Source of the DNA: an uncultured Conexibacteraceae bacterium
GTDB lineage: Bacteria; Actinomycetota; Thermoleophilia; Solirubrobacterales; Solirubrobacteraceae
Assembly: GCA_963836485.1 (NCBI GenBank)
Contig: CAWIJS010000013.1
Span: 527,961-591,960 of the forward strand
DNA length: 64,000 bases
Reading direction: 5' to 3'
Shown in pieces: positions 39,144-52,420 of this stretch. Below the pieces are notes generated by a model. It was not told the DNA's origin, did no database searches, and worked only from the letters and a program-made list of their open reading frames with translations. The translations under genes were made by a program, and so were the position numbers. Positions within the stretch are counted from its first letter, which is position 1; every line of letters begins with the position of its first letter.

Positions 39144-41792
39144 CTACCCCACCCGGGCGCGCAGCGCACGCCGCGTCGCGATCCAGGACCGCTCCAAGCG
39201 CGCCGCCGCCGCTTGCAGGGTCTCGCTGGAGGCGTGCTCGCGGCCGAGCGTCTCCAGCTCGTCGGCGATGTCGTTGAGCTGGCCTGCGCCGACCGCGAGG
39301 CAGCCGCCCTTGAGCCGGTGGGCGCCCTGGGCGATCTCGGTGTGGTCGGCGCCCTCGGCCGCGAGAACGACACGCTCGATGATCGACGGCGTCGAGGTGA
39401 TGAACGCGTCGACGATCTCGCGGACGACGTCGGGCGCGAAATCGCCGGCGAGGTCGTTGAAGCGCTCGTCGTCGATCGGATCGCCGCCGGCCTCAGCGGC
39501 TCCATCGCCGTTCCCGTTCCCATGACCATTGCCTTGCTCGCCGGGCGCGACAGTCGGCAGCCAGCGCGCCAGCATCTCGTCGACCTCGTCGGATCGCAGC
39601 GGCTTGGCGACGTAGTCGTCCATCCCCGCCGCCAGGCACTTGTCACGATCGCCGGCCATCGCATGCGCGGTCATCGCGACGATCGGCAGCCGCCGCGCCG
39701 CACGCGCCAGCTCGTCAGCACGGATGCGCTCCGTGGCCTCATAGCCATCGAGCTCAGGCATCTGACAGTCCATGAACACCAGGTCGATCTCGTCGCGCCC
39801 GGCCAGCTGCACGGCCTCCAGCCCGGTCGCCGCCGCAACCGTGCGATGGCCGCGCTTGACCAACAGGCGCTCCATCAGGATCCGGTTGACGTCGTGATCC
39901 TCGGCGATGAGGATCAGCGCGCCGTCACCGTTGTGGCCCTCGTCGCTCATCGCGGCCTCCCGTCCGTCGAGCGGCGCCCGCTGCTGCTGTGCGGCAGGCG
40001 CGTGGTACATCGCCGAGGCGATCGCGTCATACAGCCGTGACTGACGGACGGGCTTGGTCAGGAACTCGCTGACCCCCGCGTCGCGCGCGGCGGTGTGACC
40101 CGTCCCCGACGATGTCAGCATGACCAGCCGCAGCGAGCGCAGCTGGGGCGACTCGGTGATCCGGCGCGCCAGCTCGACGCCGTCCATACGCGGCATGTTG
40201 TAGTCCAATACCGCCACGTCGAACGGCTCGCCCTTGTCGGCGGCACGGTGCAGCGCCTCCAGCCCGTCTGGGCCATCGGAGCAGCTCGTCACGCGCATGC
40301 CCCAGGAGCCGAGGTAGGCCTCCAGCACGCGGCGGTTGGTGGCGGTGTCGTCGACGACCAGCACCTTGAGCCCGCGCAGCTCGATCTGCGCCGGCACCTT
40401 GGTCGGCTCGGCGGTCGCCGGCGGAAACGGGATGGCGAACGTGAACGTGCTGCCCTCGCCAACGGTGCTCGCGACCTCGAGGTCGCCGCCCATGAGCTGC
40501 GTGAGCTGACGGCTGATCGCCAGCCCGAGGCCCGTGCCGCCGAAGCGCCGCGTGGTCGAGGCGTCGGCCTGTTGGAAGGACTCGAAGAGCCGCGTGAGGT
40601 CCTTCTCGGCGATGCCGATGCCGCTGTCGGCGACGACGAACTCGACCGTGGCGACGTCGCCGTCGAGCGAGCGGCGGCGAACGTCGACCGACACCTCGCC
40701 CTCAGGCGTGAACTTCACGGCGTTGGACAGCAGGTTGGTCAGGACCTGGGCGACCCGGCCGCGGTCACCGCGCACCGCGCGCGGGACGTCGTCGGCAAGG
40801 TAGACCGACAGCTCCAGCCCCTTGCCGTGGGCGGTCGCGGCGACGACGTCAGAGGTCGTCTCCACCACCTCGCGCAGGTCGAAGTCGCGCTCCTCGAGCT
40901 CCAGGTGCCCGGCCTCGATCTTCGAGATGTCCAAGATGTCGTTGATGACCCGCAGCAGCTGCTCGCCCGAGGCGCGGGCGGTCGTCGCGTACTCGCGCTG
41001 CTCGTCGTCGAGCGGCGTGTCGAGCAGCAGCTCCGACATCCCGATGACGCCGTTGAGCGGCGTCCGGATCTCGTGGCTCATGTTGGCCAAGAACGTGGAC
41101 TTGGTCCGCGACGCCTCCTCGGCGCGGGCGCGGGCGACGCCCGCTTCGGCCTCGCGGCGGATCCAGCGGACGGTGAAGATCGCCAGCGCGATGAGCCCCG
41201 CGAGCGTCGCGACGAGGCCGGCGACGCCGATGATCGTGGCGCGGTTGGCCGAGTCTTCGGACTTCGCCGCCTGCCGGTCTGAGAGCGCGAGCTCCTCGCT
41301 GCGGAACGTGTCGAAGCGCGTCCGCAGGGCATCGAGCTGCTCCTTGCCGTTGCCCAGCTGCTCGATCAGCTCGTTGCGGTCTGCGCCCAGCGGGATGCCG
41401 GCGGCCATCGCGGCCCAGCCCGTGCGATAGCCCTCGACGCGCTGACGCAGCTGCGCCAGCCGGACGCGCTGCGCCGGGTCCTGGACGAGCTCGGTCAGCT
41501 GGGCCTCGACGCCGGGGATCTGCCGCTGTGCATCGCGGTAGGGCGCGAGGTAGGCGTCGTCACCGGTCAGCAGCCGGCCGCGGACGCCTGTCTCGAGATC
41601 GACGGTGAGCCGGTTCAAGCGCGAGGTGAGCAGCACGACGCGCTCGGCCCGGCGCGCGAGGTCGGCGTTGGACTTCATGGAGGACATGCCGTCCAGCAGG
41701 AACGCGAAGACGATGCACACGAGCACGCCGACAGCGGCGAACGCCGCGAGCGTCGGACCGATCACCCCTCTCCCATGAGCCCCCTTGCCCAT
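39144..41792 (-). CDS. Hybrid histidine kinase (CHASE3-HisKA-HATPase-REC-REC-Hpt)
   Basis: [49 protein letters not shown]. Confidence 0.95.
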   Translation of the reverse strand: MGKGAHGRGVIGPTLAAFAAVGVLVCIVFAFLLDGMSSMKSNADLARRAERVVLLTSRLNRLTVDLETGVRGRLLTGDDAYLAPYRDAQRQIPGVEAQLTELVQDPAQRVRLAQLRQRVEGYRTGWAAMAAGIPLGADRNELIEQLGNGKEQLDALRTRFDTFRSEELALSDRQAAKSEDSANRATIIGVAGLVATLAGLIALAIFTVRWIRREAEAGVARARAEEASRTKSTFLANMSHEIRTPLNGVIGMSELLLDTPLDDEQREYATTARASGEQLLRVINDILDISKIEAGHLELEERDFDLREVVETTSDVVAATAHGKGLELSVYLADDVPRAVRGDRGRVAQVLTNLLSNAVKFTPEGEVSVDVRRRSLDGDVATVEFVVADSGIGIAEKDLTRLFESFQQADASTTRRFGGTGLGLAISRQLTQLMGGDLEVASTVGEGSTFTFAIPFPPATAEPTKVPAQIELRGLKVLVVDDTATNRRVLEAYLGSWGMRVTSCSDGPDGLEALHRAADKGEPFDVAVLDYNMPRMDGVELARRITESPQLRSLRLVMLTSSGTGHTAARDAGVSEFLTKPVRQSRLYDAIASAMYHAPAAQQQRAPLDGREAAMSDEGHNGDGALILIAEDHDVNRILMERLLVKRGHRTVAAATGLEAVQLAGRDEIDLVFMDCQMPELDGYEATERIRADELARAARRLPIVAMTAHAMAGDRDKCLAAGMDDYVAKPLRSDEVDEMLARWLPTVAPGEQGNGHGNGNGDGAAEAGGDPIDDERFNDLAGDFAPDVVREIVDAFITSTPSIIERVVLAAEGADHTEIAQGAHRLKGGCLAVGAGQLNDIADELETLGREHASSETLQAAAARLERSWIATRRALRARVG

Positions 41793-41828
41793 TGGGCCGA
41801 GTCTAGTACGACCCAGAAATACTGAGCG

Positions 41829-43318
<1,490 letters not shown>

Positions 43319-43322
<4 letters not shown>

Positions 43323-44076
43323 ACCTTCGCCGCAGCCTCGATAATCGCGACGATCTGGTCCACGTCCAACGACGCCCCACCGATCAAGCCACCATCGCAA
43401 TCCGGCAGCGCCAGCAGCTCTGCCGCGTTATCGGGCTTCATCGAGCCGCCGTAGAGGATCCGCGTGCGCTCGGCCTGCTCCTTGGAGCGGTCGGCGACCA
43501 GCGCGCGGACGAAGGCCAGCGCGTCCTGGGCCTGCTCGGCCGTGGCGACCTTGCCGGTGCCGATCGCCCAGATCGGCTCATAGGCAATAACAATGTCGCC
43601 GAGGCGCTCGGTCGGCACCTTCTCTAGATCCTCCTGGACCTGGTGGCGCAGCCGACGCTCGGTGTCACCGTTCTCGCGCTCGTCCTCGGTCTCGCCGACA
43701 CAGAGGATGACCTCGAGGCCGGCGTCCAGCGCGGCGGGCACCTTCAGCTGCAGCGCCTTGTCGGTCTCGCCGAAGTACGTGCGCCGCTCAGAGTGGCCGA
43801 GCAGGACGCCGTGGATGTCGAGTTCGGTGAGCATCGGCGCGGAGATCTCGCCTGTAAAGGCACCATCGGGCGCGTAGTGCATGTTCTGCGCGAAGACCTT
43901 CAGCGCCGAGCCGCGCGTGGAGTCGACGACGGCCTGCAGCGCGGTAAACGGCACGCAGACGCCGTGTTCGACCGACTCAAGGGTCGCGATCCGCGGCAGG
44001 ACGGCCGCGACGCGCTCCTCGGCCTCCTCGATCGTCCCGTTCATCTTCCAGTTGCCCGCGATCAGCGGCGTCCTGC

Positions 44077-44080
<4 letters not shown>
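43319..44080 (-). CDS. tpiA: Triosephosphate isomerase
   Basis: AGNWKM, GHSERR, AYEPIWAIGTG, YGGS. Confidence 0.97.
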
Positions 44081-46217
<2,137 letters not shown>

Positions 46218-46275
46218 TCAGTCCTTCCTGGGGGGAGGCGATCTCGGACGTCGGACCCTATCGAGCCGGTTCTGC

Positions 46276-46650
46276 TCAGTGCCCCCCGGCGACGACCTCG
46301 ACACGCAGGCCATCGGGGTCCAAAAGGTACGCCGCGTAGTAGCGCGGGCCGTACTGTGGACGGAGAGAAGGCGGCCCACCCACCCCGTCATCGCGTCCAC
46401 CCGCTTCGAGCGCAGCGGCGTAGGCGGCGTCCACCGCCACCCGGCCGGTGGCCTGGATGGCGCAATGGCCGTAGCCGGGCGCCGGCGGCCGGCCGCGCGA
46501 GACGATCCAGAACCGCGGCTCGTGGCTGCCGTAGGCGATCGCCGCCTCGAACTCGTGGATGCGGCGGATGCCGAGGCGGGAGAAGAGCGCGTCGTAGAAG
46601 CGCGCGGAGCGGGCGAGGTCGGTGACCTCGAAGCCAACGTGGTCGATCAT
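46276..46650 (-). CDS. VOC/glyoxalase family protein
   Basis: MIDHVG...FYD, DPDGLRVEVV. Confidence 0.88.
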   Translation of the reverse strand: MIDHVGFEVTDLARSARFYDALFSRLGIRRIHEFEAAIAYGSHEPRFWIVSRGRPPAPGYGHCAIQATGRVAVDAAYAAALEAGGRDDGVGGPPSLRPQYGPRYYAAYLLDPDGLRVEVVAGGH

Positions 46651-46656
46651 GAAGTC

Positions 46657-47568
46657 CTAGGGCTTGCGACCGATGTCGCGGTGCTCGATCTCGACGACCA
46701 CGTCGTCGCGCGCGCCGAAGCGCTTGCCGAGGTGCTCGGTGATCGCGACGGAGCGGTGGCGGCCGCCGGTGCAGCCGATGGCGATGCTGAGGTGGGCCTT
46801 GCCCTCCTCCTCGTACTGGGGCACGAGGAAGTCCAGCAGCGGCTCGAGCAAGGTGTAGAACTCGGCGAGCTTGCCCTCGCGCGCGACGTACTCGACGACC
46901 TCGGCCTCCAGCCCGGTCTTCGGCCGCAGCTCCGGCACGTAGTGCGGGTTGGGCAGGAAGCGCACGTCGAAGACGAGGTCGGCGTCGCGCGGCGGGCCGT
47001 GCTTGAAGCCGAAGCTCTGGATCGTCAGCGCGAGGCGCCCGCGGCGGTGGCGCGGCAGCAGCTCGTCGGCGATCCGGCGGCGCAGGTGCGAGGCCTTCAG
47101 CCCCGAGGAGTCGATGACAAAGTCAGAGCGGTCCCGGATCGGCCCGAGCATCGCGCGCTCGGCGGCGATCCCGGAGGCGATGGAGGACTCCGGCGCCAGC
47201 GGGTGGCGGCGGCGGGTCTCCTTGTAACGGTCCATCAGCGTGAGGTCGTCGGCGTCGAGGAACAGCACGCGCGCGGGAAGCTCCCGCGTGTGGAGCTCGT
47301 CGAGGACACCCTGCAGCGGCTCGAAGAACTCGCCGCCGCGGACGTCGGAGACGACGGCCGCGCGCTCGACCTTGGAGCCCTCGTGGGTGAAGAGCTCGAC
47401 GAGCGAGCGGATCATCTCCGGCGGCAGGTTGTCCACGCAGAAGTAGCCGGCGTCCTCGAAGACGGCCATGGCGGTGGACTTGCCCGCGCCGGAGAACCCC
47501 GAGATGACCACGAGGTCCTGCAGATGCGACTCGGTGGTCGTGGGTGCCGGCGTGCTGCTGACGGCCAT
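46657..47568 (-). CDS. rapZ: RNase adapter RapZ (YvcJ)
   Basis: SGFSGAGKS, VDNLP, SFGFKHG, DVRFLPNP, GCTGGRHRSV. Confidence 0.95.
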   Translation of the reverse strand: MAVSSTPAPTTTESHLQDLVVISGFSGAGKSTAMAVFEDAGYFCVDNLPPEMIRSLVELFTHEGSKVERAAVVSDVRGGEFFEPLQGVLDELHTRELPARVLFLDADDLTLMDRYKETRRRHPLAPESSIASGIAAERAMLGPIRDRSDFVIDSSGLKASHLRRRIADELLPRHRRGRLALTIQSFGFKHGPPRDADLVFDVRFLPNPHYVPELRPKTGLEAEVVEYVAREGKLAEFYTLLEPLLDFLVPQYEEEGKAHLSIAIGCTGGRHRSVAITEHLGKRFGARDDVVVEIEHRDIGRKP

Positions 47569-47619
47569 GCCGACATCATGACGCGCGCGCCGGACCGTCC
47601 AGGTTAGGGTCCGTGCCAA

Positions 47620-48483
47620 GTGACCCATCGCCTGGCTCCAGGGGTGCGTGAAGCGCCTCGCCGGTTCGTGCCGCGGTTCCATTGGGAGCTGCTGGTCTGC
47701 GGGGTCGCGGGGCACGAGCTGGTCGGCTCGGACGCGCGGGAGCTGCGGCCATCGGATGCGATCGTCGCGCGGGAGGTCGACGGCGTGCGCTGGCATCGCT
47801 GCCTGCGCTGCGACTCGTGGCTGGTGCTGCCGGTGCCTGATCCTGAGTCTGTCGCGCGCGAGGTCCCGCCCGACCGTGACGAGATCGTCCTGCCGCTGCG
47901 GGGCAAGCCGCTGCGCGACAAGATCATCCTGCGGCTGATCGCCATCAACCGCGCGCTGCACTTCGTCGGGCTCGGGCTGCTCGGGATCGCGATCCTGCTC
48001 TTCAGCGCCAACCGCGCCGACCTGCGCGATGTTGTGCTGCGCGTCATCGCCGATGTGACGGGCGAGTCCTCCACCGGCAGCGGGGCCGTCAACGGCCGCG
48101 GCCTCACGCACCGCATCGACGAGCTCTTCACGCTGCGCTCGAGCCGGCTGCACCTCTTCGCGGCGATCGCGTTGGTCTACGCCCTGGTCGAGGGCATCGA
48201 GGCCGTGGGCCTGTGGTACGCCAAGCGCTGGGCCGAGTACCTCACCTTGATCGTCACCTCGTCGCTGCTGCCGGTCGAGATCTATGAGTTGAGCGAGCAC
48301 GCGACGCCGTTCAAGATCTTGGCCTTGATCGTCAACGTGGCGGTGGTGGCGTACTTGTTGTACGCCAAGCGGCTGTTCGGGCTGCGCGGCGGCGCCGCTG
48401 CTGATGAGGAGTTGGCGGCGCGCGATGTGGGCTGGCCGGCGCTGGAGGCGGGAGTTCCGGAGCCCGCGCCTGCGCGCGGCTGA
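47620..48483 (+). CDS. DUF2127 family membrane protein
   Basis: EAVGLW..KRWAEYL, LPVEIYE; N-terminal C/H...CLRC. Confidence 0.82.
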   Translation: MTHRLAPGVREAPRRFVPRFHWELLVCGVAGHELVGSDARELRPSDAIVAREVDGVRWHRCLRCDSWLVLPVPDPESVAREVPPDRDEIVLPLRGKPLRDKIILRLIAINRALHFVGLGLLGIAILLFSANRADLRDVVLRVIADVTGESSTGSGAVNGRGLTHRIDELFTLRSSRLHLFAAIALVYALVEGIEAVGLWYAKRWAEYLTLIVTSSLLPVEIYELSEHATPFKILALIVNVAVVAYLLYAKRLFGLRGGAAADEELAARDVGWPALEAGVPEPAPARG

Positions 48484-48489
48484 CCGTCG

Positions 48490-49059
48490 TCAGCCCTGCG
48501 CCAGCGCCCGGATCGTCTTGCGGGCGCCGGGCACGCGGGCGCCGGCCTCGAGTTCGATCAACGCCGCCTCCATCGTCATGGCGACGACGAGGCGGGCGGC
48601 AACCTTGGGCGGGGTCAGGCCCATCGCCTTGACGCTCGGCTGAGCCAGGACCGCGAACTGCTCCTGGCGTTCCTCCATCGTGGTGGTGAGGCTGCCCTGG
48701 GCGCGGGTCTCGAAGACCAATGCCTTAACCGCGCGGTTGACGAGGCAGACGTCGAGGTAGGCATCGATCGCGGTGAGCAGAAGCTCGCGGCCCGGCTGTA
48801 GGCCGTCGACTGCATGCGCAACCGCTTCGGTCACCCGCGCGTAGAAGCGCTGGTGCAGGGCGTCGATGAAGCGGTCGCGGTCGGCGAAGTAGACGTAGAA
48901 GGTCCCTTTTGCGACGCCCGCCCGCTCGACGACGGCGGCGACCGACAGACCGGCGAGGCCGGCGGTGTCGGCGATCTGCTCGCCGGCGTCCAGCAGCGCT
49001 TCGCGCGTGCGGCGGCCTTTAGGGGTGACCGGCTCGCTGTCGGGCGGTGGTTGCGCCAT
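48490..49059 (-). CDS. TetR family regulator
   Basis: TREALLDAG...AGVAKGTFYVYF. Confidence 0.92.
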   Translation of the reverse strand: MAQPPPDSEPVTPKGRRTREALLDAGEQIADTAGLAGLSVAAVVERAGVAKGTFYVYFADRDRFIDALHQRFYARVTEAVAHAVDGLQPGRELLLTAIDAYLDVCLVNRAVKALVFETRAQGSLTTTMEERQEQFAVLAQPSVKAMGLTPPKVAARLVVAMTMEAALIELEAGARVPGARKTIRALAQG

Positions 49060-49076
49060 CGGCGACGCACGGTACA

Positions 49077-49134
49077 TGACGGCCTGGTCAGCTAAATATG
49101 ACCAGTCGTCTAGAAATTTATGACCAGACCGTCA
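49077..49134. promoter_or_regulatory. Three TetR-type operators at 22-bp period
   Basis: TGACGGCCTGGTCA (49077), TGACCAGTCGTCTA (49099), TGACCAGACCGTCA (49121). Confidence 0.75.
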
Positions 49135-49159
49135 GAAAATGGATAGCGTCTTCGGTCTC

Positions 49160-50074
49160 ATGACCTCCGCCACCCCGCATCTCTGGCGCTCGGACCTTCT
49201 CGGTGCCCTCCACACGGTCGAGCTCGCCAGCCACGGCCGCCTCGAGTACTTCGAGCGCGGCGCCGGCCCGACGCTCGTCTTCGCCCACGGCTGGCTGGCC
49301 AACGCGAACCTCTGGCGCTCCGTCGTCGACGCGCTCGCCGGCGACTTCCGCTGCGTGGTGCTCGACCTCCCGCTCGGCGCGCACCGCGTGCCGATGGCGC
49401 CGGACGCCGATCTCAGCCCGGCCGGCTGCGGCGGGCTGATCGCCGGCGTGCTCGACGCGCTGGAGCTGGACGACGTCACGCTCGTCGGCAACGACTCCGG
49501 TGGCGCCTACTCGCAGATCGCGACGGCCGAGCGGGTGGGCGGGGGCCGTTCTCCCGTGGCGCGGCTGGTGCTCAACTCGTGCGAGACGCCCTACGACGCC
49601 TTCCCGCCGCCGCCCTTCGACGGGCTGCCGGACGTCGCCCGCGACACCGCCGCACTCGGCCAGCTGTTCGAGGCCCTGCGCGACCGCACGGTGCGTGCCG
49701 CACCCGTCGCCTTCGGACTGCTCGTCAAGCACCCGATCGACGACCTCGTCTCCGACTCCTACGCCTTGCCCTGCCTCGCCAACGCCGACGTGCTGCGCGA
49801 CACCGCGAAGGTGATGTCCTCAGCCGCCTCGGCGCCGGTGCACGCGGCGGGCGCGGCACTCATCGCACGCTTCGACCGGCCCGTCCTCTTCGCCTGGGGT
49901 CCGGAAGACCAGGTCTTCCCCATCGCCCACGCGCAGCGCTACGCCGCGGCGCTCACCGACGCGCAGGTCGTGCCGATCCCCGACGCCTACTCCTTCACGC
50001 CCGAGGACCAGCCCGCGGCGCTGGCCGACGCGATCAGGCGTTGCTTTCCGCCGGCGCCGGCGCCCCTTCGTTGA
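49160..50074 (+). CDS. Alpha/beta fold hydrolase (alternative start 49139)
   Basis: FAHGW, VGNDSGG, WGPED. Confidence 0.88.
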   Translation: MTSATPHLWRSDLLGALHTVELASHGRLEYFERGAGPTLVFAHGWLANANLWRSVVDALAGDFRCVVLDLPLGAHRVPMAPDADLSPAGCGGLIAGVLDALELDDVTLVGNDSGGAYSQIATAERVGGGRSPVARLVLNSCETPYDAFPPPPFDGLPDVARDTAALGQLFEALRDRTVRAAPVAFGLLVKHPIDDLVSDSYALPCLANADVLRDTAKVMSSAASAPVHAAGAALIARFDRPVLFAWGPEDQVFPIAHAQRYAAALTDAQVVPIPDAYSFTPEDQPAALADAIRRCFPPAPAPLR

Positions 50075-52247
50075 TGCCGTAGCGCCGGTGCAGGATCCTC
50101 AGCGGCTTGGGCGCCCACCAGTTGCGCTCACCCAACAGGCGCATCAGCGAGGGCACCAACAACGCACGGACGATCGTGGCGTCGATCAGCACCGCGACCG
50201 TCATGCCGACGGCGATCTCCTTCATGAAGAAGATCGGGCTGACGGCGAACGCGAGGAAGACGACGGCGATCATGACCGCCGCGGCGCTGATGATCCGCCC
50301 CGTGCGGGCGATGCCGGTGGCGACCGCCTCCTCGTTGGAGAGCCCGAGGTCGTGCTGCTCCTTGATCCGACCGATGACGAGCACCGCGTAATCGGTGGCC
50401 AGCGCGAAGGTCACGGCGAAGAGGAAGACGAGGCTCGAGACCTCGATCGCGGCGGGACCCTCGTACTGCAGCGGCCCGGTGAGCCAGCCGTGCTGGAAGG
50501 CGAGGACGAGCGCACCGAGGGTGGCGGCGAGCGTCAGCGCGTTCATGAGCAGCGTCTTGAGCGGGATGACAACCGAGCCGGTGAGCAAGAACATCAACAC
50601 GAAGATGATGAGGCTGATCGCCACGACGACCACCGGCGCGTTGTGGAGCAGGCTCTGCTTCTGGTCGACGAAGCGCGCCGTGGTGCCCGAGACCAGGATC
50701 TCGGCGCCGGTTGGTGGCCGCAGCGCGCGGATGGCCTTGACGGCGTCCTGGGCTGATGTGTCCAGCGCCGGAGCGTTCAGCGCGAGGTTCATGTAGGCGA
50801 CGGTCGCGCCGGGGCGCGCGAACGCCGTGCCGCGTACGACGCCGGGCACCGCCAGCGCCTGGCGCCGGAGGTCGTTCAGCGCGGCCGGCGTGGCGGCGCC
50901 GTGGACGGCGACCGTCACCGCCTCGGTGATGTCGCGCGTGTAGTGGGCGGGCACGTACTTGGTCGCCTCATAGGACGGGAGGCCGGCCGCGACCGCCTGC
51001 CCGCTGGGCCCGGTCAGCGTGGTTCCGGTCAGCGGCGCGGCCAATGCGAGCAGCAGACCCATCGTCGCCAACGCGACGGGGATCGGCCGGCGCATGACGG
51101 CGCGCGCGAGCCGCATCCAGCCGTCGGACTCGTCCGAGACGGACTTCGCCGGCCGCCTGATCGAGAGCGCATCGATGCGCGGTCCCAACACCGACAACAA
51201 CGCCGGCACGACGAAGAGCGCGCTGACCGCCGAGAGGATGCCGACTGCCGCGCCCGCCGCGCCGACGGAGTAGAGGAAGCGCTGCGGCATCAGGATCAGC
51301 GTCGCCATCGCGCCTGCGACCGTCACGCCCGAGAAGAGCGCCGTGCGCCCGGCGGTCAGCACCGTGATGCGATGAGCTTCCTCGGGCGATCTCCCGCCGG
51401 CGATCTCCTCGCGGTAGCGCGAGACCATGAGGAGTCCGTAGTCCACCGCCAGCCCCAGGCTGAGCGCGGTCGCGATGTTGAGCGCGAAGAGCGACGTACC
51501 GACGAACATCGACATCAGCCGCAGGATGAATAGCGTGCCGATGATCGACAGCACGCCGAGGAGCAGCGGCACCGCGGCGGCGACGAGCCCGCGGAAGACG
51601 AGCAGCAGCAGGAGCGCGAGGGCAGGGAAGGCGATCAGCTCGGCCTTGTTGAGGTCCTTGCGCGTCTGGTCGTTGACGTCCTTGAACCCCGGGGCGTAGC
51701 CGGTCATCGACACGTCGAGCAGCGTCGAGTGCACCCGCTGCCGTGCGTCCTGCGCGGCGATGCCGCCCTTGTCCTCGATGTCGGCGACCGAGAGGCCCGC
51801 CGACAGGATCAGCGAGCGGCCGTCGGCCGCGACGAGGCCCTGGCCCGCGCGGGGCTGCGCCAGGGGGTTGACCACCCGTCCGACGTAGCGGGTCTGCTGC
51901 AGTTCCCGCGCCAGGCGCGCGACCTCGGCGCGAACCGTGGGGCTCTTGGTGTCCAGCCGGCCGCCGCCCTTCGCCTGCACGAGCACGACGATGCCCGGGT
52001 TGGGGTCGCTGCCCAGCGCCTGGCGCACCACCTCGGTGGCGCGCTCGCTCTCGGAGGCGGGGTCGGTGAAGCCGGCAGGCCGAAGATGATGTTCAACGTC
52101 GTGGCCGACGGCGCCGGCGACGATCGCGCACGCCGCCACGACGAGCAGGACCAGACGCGGCCGCCGCCACGTGACGGCGGCGACGCGTTGGAGCAGCGAC
52201 GCGTTGGGCAGCTCTGATGCGACAGACGTGGACCGCGGACTCGACAC
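50034..52247 (-). CDS. MMPL/RND family transporter
   Basis: GLAVDYGLLMVSRYREE, ALATDY, DATIVRALLVP...NWW. Confidence 0.93.
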   Translation of the reverse strand: MSSPRSTSVASELPNASLLQRVAAVTWRRPRLVLLVVAACAIVAGAVGHDVEHHLRPAGFTDPASESERATEVVRQALGSDPNPGIVVLVQAKGGGRLDTKSPTVRAEVARLARELQQTRYVGRVVNPLAQPRAGQGLVAADGRSLILSAGLSVADIEDKGGIAAQDARQRVHSTLLDVSMTGYAPGFKDVNDQTRKDLNKAELIAFPALALLLLLVFRGLVAAAVPLLLGVLSIIGTLFILRLMSMFVGTSLFALNIATALSLGLAVDYGLLMVSRYREEIAGGRSPEEAHRITVLTAGRTALFSGVTVAGAMATLILMPQRFLYSVGAAGAAVGILSAVSALFVVPALLSVLGPRIDALSIRRPAKSVSDESDGWMRLARAVMRRPIPVALATMGLLLALAAPLTGTTLTGPSGQAVAAGLPSYEATKYVPAHYTRDITEAVTVAVHGAATPAALNDLRRQALAVPGVVRGTAFARPGATVAYMNLALNAPALDTSAQDAVKAIRALRPPTGAEILVSGTTARFVDQKQSLLHNAPVVVVAISLIIFVLMFLLTGSVVIPLKTLLMNALTLAATLGALVLAFQHGWLTGPLQYEGPAAIEVSSLVFLFAVTFALATDYAVLVIGRIKEQHDLGLSNEEAVATGIARTGRIISAAAVMIAVVFLAFAVSPIFFMKEIAVGMTVAVLIDATIVRALLVPSLMRLLGERNWWAPKPLRILHRRYGINEGAPAPAESNA

Positions 52248-52280
52248 GACAACCCCTCCCTTGGACTGCGACCCGGCTAT

Positions 52281-52338
52281 CTATGCAGTCATACATAGTC
52301 GTCGGTGTGCGTTGCGTCACACTACTGTCAAAGTGACG
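52281..52338. promoter_or_regulatory. Palindromic sites between divergent MMPL genes
   Basis: CTATG-N8-CATAG (52281-52298); CGTCAC-N12-GTGACG (52315-52338). Confidence 0.45.
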
Positions 52339-52420
52339 TTGCGTGCCCCATCGCACACATCCCCAGGTCTCTGATGAGCAGAGTCGCTCACCCGACTGCC
52401 GTGTAGCTCAGGAGGCCATC

